A DNA stretch of 64,000 bases, from the IMG/VR virus record IMGVR_UViG_3300025668_000798, positions 1-64,000 of that record, one strand, 5' to 3'. The notes beneath the pieces were generated by a model. That model made no database searches and was not told the DNA's origin. It saw only the letters and a program-made list of their open reading frames with translations. The translations under genes were made by a program, and so were the position numbers. The stretch is from a virus. Of the stretch, positions 10,532-19,967 are shown in pieces (within the stretch, counting starts at the first letter, position 1; each line of letters opens with the position of its first letter).

Positions 10532-11085
10532 TCTTCATTCCAATACTTGTCTTGCATAGGGTCTATACTTATTTCGTTAATTGCTAAACCCTTAGGTTGT
10601 TCTATAACCCACTTAATATATTCTGCTGCTGTGTCAATATCCATACATTGACGCCGGGGGTGTTTCATTGTATTATTACTTAGCGTACCAAAACTAATAT
10701 AAGTAATTTTTGGACTTACTCCCCATACACCGCTTATACCTAGTGTGTTACTATAATCTCTCAATGCCTTTTTTTCAGCATTGTATCGCCATGCTTTACC
10801 GTTTTTTACTCTGTCAGTTGTACTACCAATATTAATAATATGCGGACGATGTTTATGCTCTACGCACACTTTATAAACTTCATCTAGTAAGTTTGTTTGA
10901 TGAAATTTATAAAGAGCTGCACAGTTAATAAAAACATCATGATCAAGAACCATTTCAGCTAGTTTTACTTGGTCTGTTCTTAAACTTAAATCAAAGCCCG
11001 TACTTTTACTACAATATTGAGCATATGGATATATTTTATATAAAGCTCCTGCTACGCCTTCGTTTATATTTCCTGTAATTATCAT
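10528..11085 (-). CDS. Short-chain dehydrogenase/reductase (minimal SDR)
   Basis: IITGNINEGVA nucleotide-binding loop, FINCA, IINIGS, catalytic YNAEK (YxxxK). Confidence 0.8.
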   Translation of the reverse strand: MIITGNINEGVAGALYKIYPYAQYCSKSTGFDLSLRTDQVKLAEMVLDHDVFINCAALYKFHQTNLLDEVYKVCVEHKHRPHIINIGSTTDRVKNGKAWRYNAEKKALRDYSNTLGISGVWGVSPKITYISFGTLSNNTMKHPRRQCMDIDTAAEYIKWVIEQPKGLAINEISIDPMQDKYWNEE

Positions 11086-12395
11086 ATGTACTCCGAAAAA
11101 ATTGGTGCTGCATCTAACAAGTTTTCATTGCGTATCTTATCTAAGTCTTGTGTGTATTTTAAAAACTCGTTCCAGTGTGTATCATAATAACTATCACTAG
11201 TCATATACTTGACAATACTATTTTTTATATCTAATGCTTTATTAAAAGTATTTTCTGATAGATCTGCTTCTTGGCACCATTCGATAAACAAATTAAACTC
11301 ATCAACTATACGTTGTTTCATTTCATCTGGTAACACTCTTATGTTAAGGTGCTTAGGATGGTGCGCTACATGATTGGTAATTATAGGACGTTTTTTGGTA
11401 CTATTAATTTTTTTAAAATTACTTTCTGTTAATTTCCATTTCATAAAATCAATCATATGATGTACGTTGTATGCTGTAACTGTAAATGCTAACCAACCCA
11501 TTATATTAGGCGGAGTATTATCTAGTATTTGTAAATTTTTTAAAACTTTGTTCCATTTTGCAGGATGGCGTTGATATTCAAGAACTGCACCCATGCCATC
11601 AACACTTGCACCTACACGAACTTGTTTGAAACTTTCCCATAGTTTAACAACTCTAGGAGGCAGTGTGCTCATGTTTGTATTATATTCTACAATCATTTGT
11701 TTTGCACTTCCGTTTTCAATACAGCGTTCTAAAAAATCGTAATGTCTTTCAATTAACAACGGTTCGCCACCAGCAAAGTACACATGCTTAATATTTTGTG
11801 CATTTGCTTCAAGTTGTTCCCAAAATGGTTCGTAATTAGGCCAATCAAATTCAGTAGCACACAATTTATTACCAATTTGTTTAATTTCAATTTCGCCACT
11901 AGTATCTTTAAAAGTATTTTTACCTGTAAGTTTTATCCAATCATCGTACCATGCATCGCTATCAGTAGGTCCACACATCCTACACTTTAAGTTACAAAAA
12001 TTACCAAAGCGTAAATCATAATATTCAACAGGTGTTTCGTCTATATCAATACTACCGTCAAATTCAGTTTGCTGCATTGCTTTTTCTTTAGTGAACTTTG
12101 GCCAATTTTGTTGTTCGTATTGTCGTCTGCTATTGAGTCCTGTTTCTTCTTCACTACGGCAACGTCCACACTCTTCGCTCCACTTGCCAGTAAGCATATT
12201 AGAACGTATAGTTTTCATGAAGTCGGCATTTCGAGCATCTTCTAAAACGTCAACACCAGCGTTATATGCAGTGCCATCTTCTTTTCGTATTACACCTTTG
12301 TTTTTTGTCACATTGGCTTGACAGCATACACGTATGTCGCCGTTTGCTCTTACTGCTTGAAATATCCAAGGAATAGGACAAAATGTATCAGACAT
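11082..12395 (-). CDS. N-terminal twitch-domain radical SAM protein
   Basis: FCPIPW...VCC...CGRC..EE.G..SRR, then CNLKCRMC and GGEPL. Confidence 0.9.
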   Translation of the reverse strand: MSDTFCPIPWIFQAVRANGDIRVCCQANVTKNKGVIRKEDGTAYNAGVDVLEDARNADFMKTIRSNMLTGKWSEECGRCRSEEETGLNSRRQYEQQNWPKFTKEKAMQQTEFDGSIDIDETPVEYYDLRFGNFCNLKCRMCGPTDSDAWYDDWIKLTGKNTFKDTSGEIEIKQIGNKLCATEFDWPNYEPFWEQLEANAQNIKHVYFAGGEPLLIERHYDFLERCIENGSAKQMIVEYNTNMSTLPPRVVKLWESFKQVRVGASVDGMGAVLEYQRHPAKWNKVLKNLQILDNTPPNIMGWLAFTVTAYNVHHMIDFMKWKLTESNFKKINSTKKRPIITNHVAHHPKHLNIRVLPDEMKQRIVDEFNLFIEWCQEADLSENTFNKALDIKNSIVKYMTSDSYYDTHWNEFLKYTQDLDKIRNENLLDAAPIFSEYI

Positions 12396-13788
12396 CTTTG
12401 AATATATCCTTCATTTGCGGAAATACATCTTGCCAATGTAATCCACGCTGTTTGTCACACAATTCTATAAATTCTTTCATTTCAGGCAAGCGTCTACTCC
12501 AGTCTTCACTTTCCATAAAACTAAGCATACCTTCTAGTCTTTTCTTACCATACGGAGCAGCTTCCCACATACTCTTTGTGACTTTGCCTTTGTGCCAACT
12601 AGGAACACCTAGTTCCCAGTTTTCTTCCCACCATGGATAGAACTCTTCATACTTTTTACGTACTTCTGCTTTAAACCATTCTGGCAGTACTTTAACATTC
12701 AAGTGCGGAGGATGGTAAACAAAGTGGTAGTTTATACCACCTGCACCAAACGGCCACATGTTTATTTTATTAAACTTTTGCTCTAACTTCCATTTGATAA
12801 AGTCTGGCAAATAGTAAATGTTTAATGCTTGCACTGCACATGCAACTGTAACTTCTACGTTATTACTAGTCTGTGTATCTAAAATACGAAACACTTCTTC
12901 CTGACGTTTCCATTTGCTTGGATAACGTATATAATCATTCATTTCGTGTATGCTATCTACCGAGTAGTGAAAACGCACCAGCTTGAATTCTTTCCATAGA
13001 TCAAATAAATCATCTCTCCATTCAACTCCGTTTGAGTTGTAACGTAGTTCAAGGTCTTTTGCATAACCCATTTTAATTGCATGTTCAAGTATTTCATAGT
13101 GTTCCTCGATAATAAGACTTTCGCCACCTGCAAAATATATCTGTTGCATACTTGGCATTTGCTCGTAAAACTGATCCCAAAACACATCATTTTGTTTGTG
13201 CCAGTTATAACTACTGCCGTTGGTGCTACCTTTGTCTTGCCATTGCATTGTTTCTTTTAGAGATTCATTTTCAACAGCAGGAAAAATCTTTTTGTAGTCT
13301 TTTATCCAACCACTACTATCGTGTGGTGAACACATTACACATGCCAACTGACATTTTGTTCCAAAACGCAAATCAATATATGCTAGTTGTGGAGGCACTT
13401 CGCCGTCTTCGGTTGTGTTTGCTATCAAGTCATCTACATTAGTGCGTTGACTCCAATATGCAGTTTCCCACATACGTTTACTATTATGTCCTGCTTCTTC
13501 TTCTCTATAACACTTTAAACAACTAGGAGGCTTTTCGCCATTCATCATTTGCTTACGAACATTTTTCATGTACTGACTATTCCAAGCAGTTTGAAAATCT
13601 GTTACATTTAAGTTGTTTGGCTTGCCATCATCTGTTTTAAGAATACCAACTTGTCCGCCATGTTCTTTGTCGTTGGTTGCGCCTACACTGCTGGCATTTG
13701 CAGTACAGCAAACTCGCATACTGCCGTCTGGTCTTGTGCTTAGATGTACCCACGGTAAGATACAAAATGTTTCTGATACTTTACTCAT
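12388..13788 (-). CDS. N-terminal twitch-domain radical SAM protein
   Basis: FCILPW...VCC...CLKC..EE.G..SKR, then CQLACVMC and GGES. Confidence 0.9.
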   Translation of the reverse strand: MSKVSETFCILPWVHLSTRPDGSMRVCCTANASSVGATNDKEHGGQVGILKTDDGKPNNLNVTDFQTAWNSQYMKNVRKQMMNGEKPPSCLKCYREEEAGHNSKRMWETAYWSQRTNVDDLIANTTEDGEVPPQLAYIDLRFGTKCQLACVMCSPHDSSGWIKDYKKIFPAVENESLKETMQWQDKGSTNGSSYNWHKQNDVFWDQFYEQMPSMQQIYFAGGESLIIEEHYEILEHAIKMGYAKDLELRYNSNGVEWRDDLFDLWKEFKLVRFHYSVDSIHEMNDYIRYPSKWKRQEEVFRILDTQTSNNVEVTVACAVQALNIYYLPDFIKWKLEQKFNKINMWPFGAGGINYHFVYHPPHLNVKVLPEWFKAEVRKKYEEFYPWWEENWELGVPSWHKGKVTKSMWEAAPYGKKRLEGMLSFMESEDWSRRLPEMKEFIELCDKQRGLHWQDVFPQMKDIFKDV

Positions 13789-13820
13789 AACGTATTTATT
13801 CCATTAACTACGCACTTAAT
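13789..13820 (-). promoter_or_regulatory. TAAATA late-type promoter plus upstream near-palindrome
   Basis: TAAATACGTT-ATG is identical to the sequence upstream of the gp25-like gene; ATTAACTACGCACTTAAT at 13803-13820. Confidence 0.6.
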
Positions 13821-15177
13821 TATTTTTTGTTTGATTCAAAAAATTCTGTGCTATTTTTTCAACTTTAATATATTTGTCTTTTGTCAAACCTGGATTTCCA
13901 TAAGGCATTGCAAAATCTCCAAATATATGTACAGTTGCTGGTATTCTACTTATTAAGTAGTCTTGCGCTCTGACTCTGTCGATTAGTCCGTGAAACATCG
14001 AAGTAGGTTTGTAGTGATATACATTACTTAGCCACAATATTTTGTTTCCATCTACATCTAAAAAATCATGTATTTTATCTGCTTGATCTGTTTGTTGTCT
14101 TACTAGTAAATAATTTACTCTTTCAAATTTTACTTTTATTTTACTTCTGAATTCGTTCCACCAACTGCACCATTGTTCAAGGCTACCCCAATGCTGAATA
14201 AAGTCTTTTTCAAAGTCTCCAAAGTTTTCTGCAACAAAATTTCCATTATAAATTCTTGTATCTATACTACGAATAAACTTTTCATAATCTTTACCGTCCC
14301 ATGTCTCGTACAGTTTTTTCATAACATATAAACTAAATCTATCATAATCTGCAAACATAAGTTCAAAATTATCAGCATATCCTATTTCGTGAATAGTTTT
14401 TAAATGATTAAGTCCTGCTGCTACTGTTACCATGCGTGTTAACGGCTGCTCATTTGTGCATTTTTTTACAAATTTTGGATTAGTGTTATTTGAATCAGTG
14501 TTATAAACGTAAAATTTACTTATATGTTGTTTGTCGATAAGTTGAGCTAATTTGTCGCTTGCATCATCAGTATCAGGATACAAATAAAATTTGCTCTTAC
14601 GCACGTAGTTGTCAAAACTTCTTATTGTATATCCGTTAGATAAAATATCATTTATAATCTTATAGCCAGGCTTTACATTTGTATACTCGTCTTTAAATAC
14701 ACTAGGAGCTATCCAATAAGGTGTGTACTCATCGTGATGATTTTCATCACTGCGTGTTGGTTTTGTGAGTGTTACTGTCTCTGAGTGTGAACTAAAATTA
14801 CAATCACTAATTTTGCTTAACTTTTTTATATTGAGATAAAATATTTGATCATGTAGTTCTATATAACGCTGTTGTCTATCTAAAACATGTCCAACTAATA
14901 TATCATCTTCGACTAGAAAACTATCTAATGTTTCTAAGAATCTACCGTCAACTTCTAAATCATTGCCTTTTGCAATACAAACAAGATGTTCTACATTGTT
15001 ATTTTTTGCATAATCTATTGCACTTTGATGAGAAGAAAATTGTTTTATATTAGTTAACCCTAATTGTGCGCCTAATTCTATCCACCAAAAGTCTGTAAGA
15101 TTTTCGCTAACACCTTTTACAATATCGTCATCTATTAGTAGATGATTATTAATCCATGCTACAAAAAATTTCCTCAT
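13816..15177 (-). CDS. Hypothetical protein, paralog of 4822..6120
   Basis: Long ORF; start moved from 15216 to ATG 15177, giving an ATGA overlap with the upstream stop. Confidence 0.6.
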   Translation of the reverse strand: MRKFFVAWINNHLLIDDDIVKGVSENLTDFWWIELGAQLGLTNIKQFSSHQSAIDYAKNNNVEHLVCIAKGNDLEVDGRFLETLDSFLVEDDILVGHVLDRQQRYIELHDQIFYLNIKKLSKISDCNFSSHSETVTLTKPTRSDENHHDEYTPYWIAPSVFKDEYTNVKPGYKIINDILSNGYTIRSFDNYVRKSKFYLYPDTDDASDKLAQLIDKQHISKFYVYNTDSNNTNPKFVKKCTNEQPLTRMVTVAAGLNHLKTIHEIGYADNFELMFADYDRFSLYVMKKLYETWDGKDYEKFIRSIDTRIYNGNFVAENFGDFEKDFIQHWGSLEQWCSWWNEFRSKIKVKFERVNYLLVRQQTDQADKIHDFLDVDGNKILWLSNVYHYKPTSMFHGLIDRVRAQDYLISRIPATVHIFGDFAMPYGNPGLTKDKYIKVEKIAQNFLNQTKNN

Positions 15178-16187
15178 ACTTTTATTACCCTTTTCTTTGT
15201 ACATACATCTGCACACCTTTTGATTTTATCACACTTACCTTCGCCAACTTTGTTATCAAAACTTGCAACTAAATCATTTTGAAAGAATTCATGTTGTACA
15301 ATTTCGTCCATGTTATTATGTAATAAACTGTTGAATGTGTCGCCGTAGTTTTTGTTAATTCTAGCTGTCAGATGATCAAACATGTTATGACGCATAAAAT
15401 AACCATTATGTAAAAAACAACAAGGCCAAATTTTACTATCATATCCCATGAAATACATTTTGCGTTCTAAGCTACGACAATTTACTGTACGTGTTTCTTT
15501 CTCACTATAATCTTTAGGCCATTGTTTATTGTGATAAGGTAAATTTAATTTTTTCTTCGAATTGATAGTTTCTACAGTTTCAGTCTCGGTTATGTGAGAT
15601 AAATCATAACGTTTTTCAAACTTACTGAATCCCATACTTTTTGCAAGTTCTTCGGCTTCGTCTTGTTGATGGCTATTCCACGGAAATATTAAAAATTGCC
15701 ATCTTACATGAGCACCTGTTTCTATTGCTGCTTTAGCATTTTCTATAATTTTATTGTAATCAGTATTCTGTCTGTATATATGATTAGTGTCTTCCAATCC
15801 ATCAATACTAAAATGCAAACTATGATATTTAAATTTCTTTAATGCATTGCCAACTTTTTTAAAATATTCAGGCGAACGTAAACTACCATTTGTATGTACA
15901 CTTGTTATAAGTTTAGGATTATGATTACTAGCAACATTCAAAAAATCTAAAAATTGCGGGTGCATTAAAGGATCGTCTATTGTTCCACAAAATTCAAGTT
16001 CAGTTAATGTACTCATTGTATCTGATTCTAATAATTTTTTAAAAGTATCAATTTCTACTATTTGTTTTTTTGGTATTGTTTTTTTTGATTCGTTGAAATT
16101 ATAAACTTCTGTTCTATGACATCCTAGACATAGTGCATTACACATACTACTTAATTCTATTTGTAAAACCTCAGCCTGTCCAAACAC
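15174..16187 (-). CDS. Radical SAM protein with C-terminal twitch/SPASM domain
   Basis: CNALCLGC, CGTIDDP, C-terminal C...WPCC...CADVC. Confidence 0.87.
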   Translation of the reverse strand: MFGQAEVLQIELSSMCNALCLGCHRTEVYNFNESKKTIPKKQIVEIDTFKKLLESDTMSTLTELEFCGTIDDPLMHPQFLDFLNVASNHNPKLITSVHTNGSLRSPEYFKKVGNALKKFKYHSLHFSIDGLEDTNHIYRQNTDYNKIIENAKAAIETGAHVRWQFLIFPWNSHQQDEAEELAKSMGFSKFEKRYDLSHITETETVETINSKKKLNLPYHNKQWPKDYSEKETRTVNCRSLERKMYFMGYDSKIWPCCFLHNGYFMRHNMFDHLTARINKNYGDTFNSLLHNNMDEIVQHEFFQNDLVASFDNKVGEGKCDKIKRCADVCTKKRVIKV

Positions 16188-17284
16188 TATTTAAATTGCT
16201 CCGCAAACGGATCAAATTCAGTGCCACATTTCTGCGCACACACACCTAGTTTACCATCTTTTACACTAGATAAATTCCAGCTGTTTTGTATATCAGACAA
16301 TAGTGTTCCATTCATTACATCTTGTAAATCGTTGTCAATAACGTCGATGCCTTCTTTACCTCCAGCACGATCAATAAAATCCCAAACCTGTTCTACTCTT
16401 GGATCAGGATGCCACCATTTATACATACGGCCGGCTGTCCAACAACACGGCATCATTAGTCCTTCAGCAGTAATAAAGATATTACCTTCTGCTGCAACTT
16501 TACATTTAATTTTACAAGTATCATAGTAATCGGCCATGCTGCCGTATTCTTTTGTTAATTGCTTTTCTTTTAATAATGCAAGATTTACATTTTCTATTTT
16601 TTTAGGCTTTGCTAAGTTTTGCGTATCTTCGCCTTTGCGATTTTTTGCTTGGTGTGTTTCTTTACCTGTGAGTTTTGCAGTACTAAAGAATCTTCCGGTT
16701 TTTTTCTTAATAAATTTTTCGCAGCCCCATTTGTTAGCAAGTGCTTCTGCTTCGTCTACTTGATGTTCGTTATGCTGGAATATAATATAATCCCAACGAG
16801 CTCTGCCGCCGGCATTTATAAATGCTCGCATATTACGTTCTACATTATCCCAGACAACATTCTGCCTGTATAAATGATTAGTGTCACTAAGACCATCCAC
16901 GCTAAAAATAACAGCACCCATTCTACCAAAGACTTGGGCAAGTTCACTCCACCACGCTTCATCTTTTGCTCCTGCGTTTGTATTCATTGAGAGCCACATA
17001 TTAGGATTGTGTTCTCTAAAGTAACGAAAAACTTCTAATGTGTCTTTAGCAACAATAGGATCGCCTAAGTTACCGCACATGAACATTGTTTTTAACTGTG
17101 CAATAAATTCGGGTTTAAAGATACGTTTGCAATCTTCTAAACTTAATTCTGCATTTGTAATATGAGGATTGTCTGCTCCGCCATTCATGTTTCTATCACA
17201 CATAGGACATGCTGCTTGACATTTTTGTGTAATCTCTAAATGAACTGTTCTAACATCACTATAACTATACATTCCTAGTCCCAA
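16187..17284 (-). CDS. Radical SAM protein with C-terminal twitch/SPASM domain
   Basis: CQAACPMC, CGNLGDP, C-terminal CKV...MPCC...CAQKC. Confidence 0.9.
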   Translation of the reverse strand: MGLGMYSYSDVRTVHLEITQKCQAACPMCDRNMNGGADNPHITNAELSLEDCKRIFKPEFIAQLKTMFMCGNLGDPIVAKDTLEVFRYFREHNPNMWLSMNTNAGAKDEAWWSELAQVFGRMGAVIFSVDGLSDTNHLYRQNVVWDNVERNMRAFINAGGRARWDYIIFQHNEHQVDEAEALANKWGCEKFIKKKTGRFFSTAKLTGKETHQAKNRKGEDTQNLAKPKKIENVNLALLKEKQLTKEYGSMADYYDTCKIKCKVAAEGNIFITAEGLMMPCCWTAGRMYKWWHPDPRVEQVWDFIDRAGGKEGIDVIDNDLQDVMNGTLLSDIQNSWNLSSVKDGKLGVCAQKCGTEFDPFAEQFK

Positions 17285-17625
17285 TACATTTTATTATTCT
17301 TTTGATAGAAGTATTCTTTTTCTAATTGTAACATATCATTATAGGTAAATCTATGATGAAATGTACCGTATCCTATACTTATACTAAAACGCACATACGG
17401 ATCTAACTTACGCTCAGGTCTAGGTCCGTGTTTTTTATATTCAATAACTGCATAACCGCCTTCAAATTCAAACTCTATGCCAGTTTGCCAATTATCAATT
17501 ATTTTTTCAAAGTCAGATATTGTAAATCTATAACCATTTACTAAAGTTTCATTTATCTTTACACTAACATCTACTCGATTTTGATCTTTGAATAGATAAA
17601 TTTTTAAAGGTTGTGTAAATTTCAT
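17275..17625 (-). CDS. Hypothetical protein
   Basis: 116-aa ORF overlapping both neighbours in the operon. Confidence 0.65.
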   Translation of the reverse strand: MKFTQPLKIYLFKDQNRVDVSVKINETLVNGYRFTISDFEKIIDNWQTGIEFEFEGGYAVIEYKKHGPRPERKLDPYVRFSISIGYGTFHHRFTYNDMLQLEKEYFYQKNNKMYWD

Positions 17626-17846
17626 TCTATCACCAACTTTACCTTTTTGCCTGGGCCAGTTTGACTTGGCAAATCACCGTATTCCTCAATATACCATTTG
17701 ATTACAGCTTTATACCATTGTTGACTATTATGGTGTGCTTGTTTATTAAATTGCCAAATATTATTATTTGTAGCCTGCATTGTACTCAGAGCTCTTGCAC
17801 TTTCTTTTTGTAACTGTCTTAAACTTAATATTTCTAAATCTATCAT
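17622..17846 (-). CDS. Small hypothetical protein
   Basis: 74-aa ORF with ATGA overlaps at both ends. Confidence 0.65.
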   Translation of the reverse strand: MIDLEILSLRQLQKESARALSTMQATNNNIWQFNKQAHHNSQQWYKAVIKWYIEEYGDLPSQTGPGKKVKLVIE

Positions 17847-18730
17847 GGACGTCCTATAACCATAAATCTTTTATATCCATATAATTCTTGTTCACCAGCG
17901 TATTCAAGTCGCTCCATTGGAAACTTTTTACACATATGATCTATACTATGTACGCAATTTACATGTTCTTCAACATCAAACAAGTTATTACTTTGAATAA
18001 CAAACAATGGATCGCTTTCCATTGGTCTATGCACAAATTTTTGATACCACGTACTAGGCATGTGTTCGGCACTTGTATTAAACACTAAACTTGGTTGTGT
18101 TTTTTCAAATATTTCTTTGTCAGTTGTATAATTTTTAACATTATAAGTACACCCTGTTCTGCTGATCCATTCCATGTTTTTATCTAAATCGCTGCTACTT
18201 GCCATTGGTAGTTTCATTTCAACAGATTTTACTTTATAACCTTCAATACGCTGTGCATTAAAAATCTTATCACTAATGTAACATGCTTCAGAATCAACAT
18301 CAAACACTCTCATTTTATTATATTCTATAACTTGCTCAAGGAACAAACGTATCTGTCCGTACCATCCTCCGAGTACATACACAGTATCAAATTCTTTTTG
18401 TATTTTTGCAAGTTCTTCCATTGCCCATATTTTACTATTTACTTGCCCTCTACTAAATGCATCTTGTAGGAAAATAGGATTATAATTATTTCTATAATAC
18501 TTGTCAAATATATCAAAAATATCGTTAGTTGTTTGTTTCTTTAAAAAATGCAAAAATTCTGCAATGTTAAGATCCAATGACAAATTTATCATATTGTCCT
18601 TTGAATACATCATTGATAAGAAAAAATCAACAAGCATTTTTGATTCTTTATCGTTGACAAAATCAAAATATTCTTGTAGGCCATGCAACCAACTTATATT
18701 ATCTACTGCAATTTCATTATTTACATTCAT
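17843..18730 (-). CDS. Class I SAM-dependent methyltransferase-like protein
   Basis: VYVLGGWYG (motif I), RVFDVD (acidic end of beta2), FNTSAEHM; ATG start at 18730 follows GAGGAG. Confidence 0.65.
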   Translation of the reverse strand: MNVNNEIAVDNISWLHGLQEYFDFVNDKESKMLVDFFLSMMYSKDNMINLSLDLNIAEFLHFLKKQTTNDIFDIFDKYYRNNYNPIFLQDAFSRGQVNSKIWAMEELAKIQKEFDTVYVLGGWYGQIRLFLEQVIEYNKMRVFDVDSEACYISDKIFNAQRIEGYKVKSVEMKLPMASSSDLDKNMEWISRTGCTYNVKNYTTDKEIFEKTQPSLVFNTSAEHMPSTWYQKFVHRPMESDPLFVIQSNNLFDVEEHVNCVHSIDHMCKKFPMERLEYAGEQELYGYKRFMVIGRP

Positions 18731-19748
18731 TACCAAATCTCTCCTCTAACCAATCAAAGTCATTAATCTTTTTTAATTCTTCACTGTTGTGTTTACTACG
18801 AGCACCAAATACTGCTCCTGACTTTGCACCTTGGAATGCATAATCAGCAAAGTCTCCTGTACCTTTTGTACACCAAGTAACAAGACGTTGTTGTGTTTCG
18901 TTATCTTTTTGTCTGTCTATTACACGACTACTTAGCTTTGCACATTCTCTAAATGCACTTTTCCATGTATTAAAAGGATCAGTGTTAAATCCAGTAATGT
19001 TGCTTACTTGCATCATTGCTACAAATTTGTTACTGATACTTGTGGTCATATCAGGCTTACTTGTGTCCATATTAATTGTTTCTTCTCTTGGAAACAACTT
19101 TACTCCGCCGTATCCATATTCAAGACCGTTTACCGGGTTAATACTGCGCCAAACGTGTACTGCTTTACTATTCCACCATTCAGGTACATAGTCAAAATTA
19201 AAGTTATCAACTATTTCAGCATCACCGTCAACTATCCAGACTCTGTCAGATGTACAAAGTTTTGCAGCTTCAATGTGTGCCTGGTGTATTCCTTTTACTC
19301 CATGTACCCGTTTAGCTCGTGGAAATCTTTCCAACAAATTTTGATAATTTTCATCTGCGTTTGGCTCTTGATAGCTGATGAAAACTATATCACTTGTTTC
19401 ACTTATTGGTGTGCTTGCAGAAATATCTGTAAACTTTTTGTTAATATAAAATCTAGCAGCAAGCTCTCCTGGCCCGTGATGGCTTCCTTTTGGCATAAGT
19501 GCAACACCGTCGTAATTTTTACCATTTAAAAATACGTGTGTATACTCTATATCAGCCGGCTTAGATGTGTATGTAAAATCCCAATCATTATTGAGTTCTA
19601 CTTCCGGATATACAATCCATAACATCTTTGTATTCGATTGTGCCTTTGCTGAAACAACGGATTCTGCCGTTTTAGCAATTATAAATTTTTGTTTTAACTT
19701 TAGGTACTGAGGGTGATCATTTGATCCAATAAAATATATATCATACAT
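18717..19748 (-). CDS. Glycosyltransferase-like (GT-A fold) protein
   Basis: DIVFISYQEP...AH..AA...WIVDGDA (DxD)...YGYGGVKLF; paralog of 27243..28163. Confidence 0.65.
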   Translation of the reverse strand: MYDIYFIGSNDHPQYLKLKQKFIIAKTAESVVSAKAQSNTKMLWIVYPEVELNNDWDFTYTSKPADIEYTHVFLNGKNYDGVALMPKGSHHGPGELAARFYINKKFTDISASTPISETSDIVFISYQEPNADENYQNLLERFPRAKRVHGVKGIHQAHIEAAKLCTSDRVWIVDGDAEIVDNFNFDYVPEWWNSKAVHVWRSINPVNGLEYGYGGVKLFPREETINMDTSKPDMTTSISNKFVAMMQVSNITGFNTDPFNTWKSAFRECAKLSSRVIDRQKDNETQQRLVTWCTKGTGDFADYAFQGAKSGAVFGARSKHNSEELKKINDFDWLEERFGNECK

Positions 19749-19754
19749 AAACTA

Positions 19755-19800
19755 ATTATTACACAGATCCGTGTTCCTGTCAACTATTTAATGATAAATA
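19755..19800. promoter_or_regulatory. Divergent control region: minus-strand sigma70 promoter plus back-to-back TAAATA pair
   Basis: Minus strand: TTGACA (19783-19778), 17 nt, AATAAT (19760-19755), 6 nt to ATG. TATTTA-ATGA-TAAATA at 19785-19800. Confidence 0.65.
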
Positions 19801-19826
19801 TTTTTTACATAAGGATATATGAATCA

Positions 19827-19967
19827 ATGGCCGTGCATAAAATAGATTATAAGTTTCCTAAAGATACGCTCTTACATGAGTACGAAACACTATTTGAAAC
19901 AAAGACCGAAATACAAGATCAAGTAGCAACTTTTGATAAAGTTAAGGAAATTATATGTCAGAAATAA
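19827..19967 (+). CDS. Small 46-aa ORF (peptide or gene remnant), absent from ORF track
   Basis: MAVHKIDYKFPKDTLLHEYETLFETKTEIQDQVATFDKVKEIICQK; follows TAAATA and AAGGA; overlaps start of the next gene. Confidence 0.5.
   Translation: MAVHKIDYKFPKDTLLHEYETLFETKTEIQDQVATFDKVKEIICQK

Noticed and set aside
644-17284. Assigning specific names (moaA, pqqE, nirJ, anSME, queE) to the rSAMs
   Set aside because: Partner genes for those pathways are absent and the domain order differs; such labels would be generic best-hit artefacts
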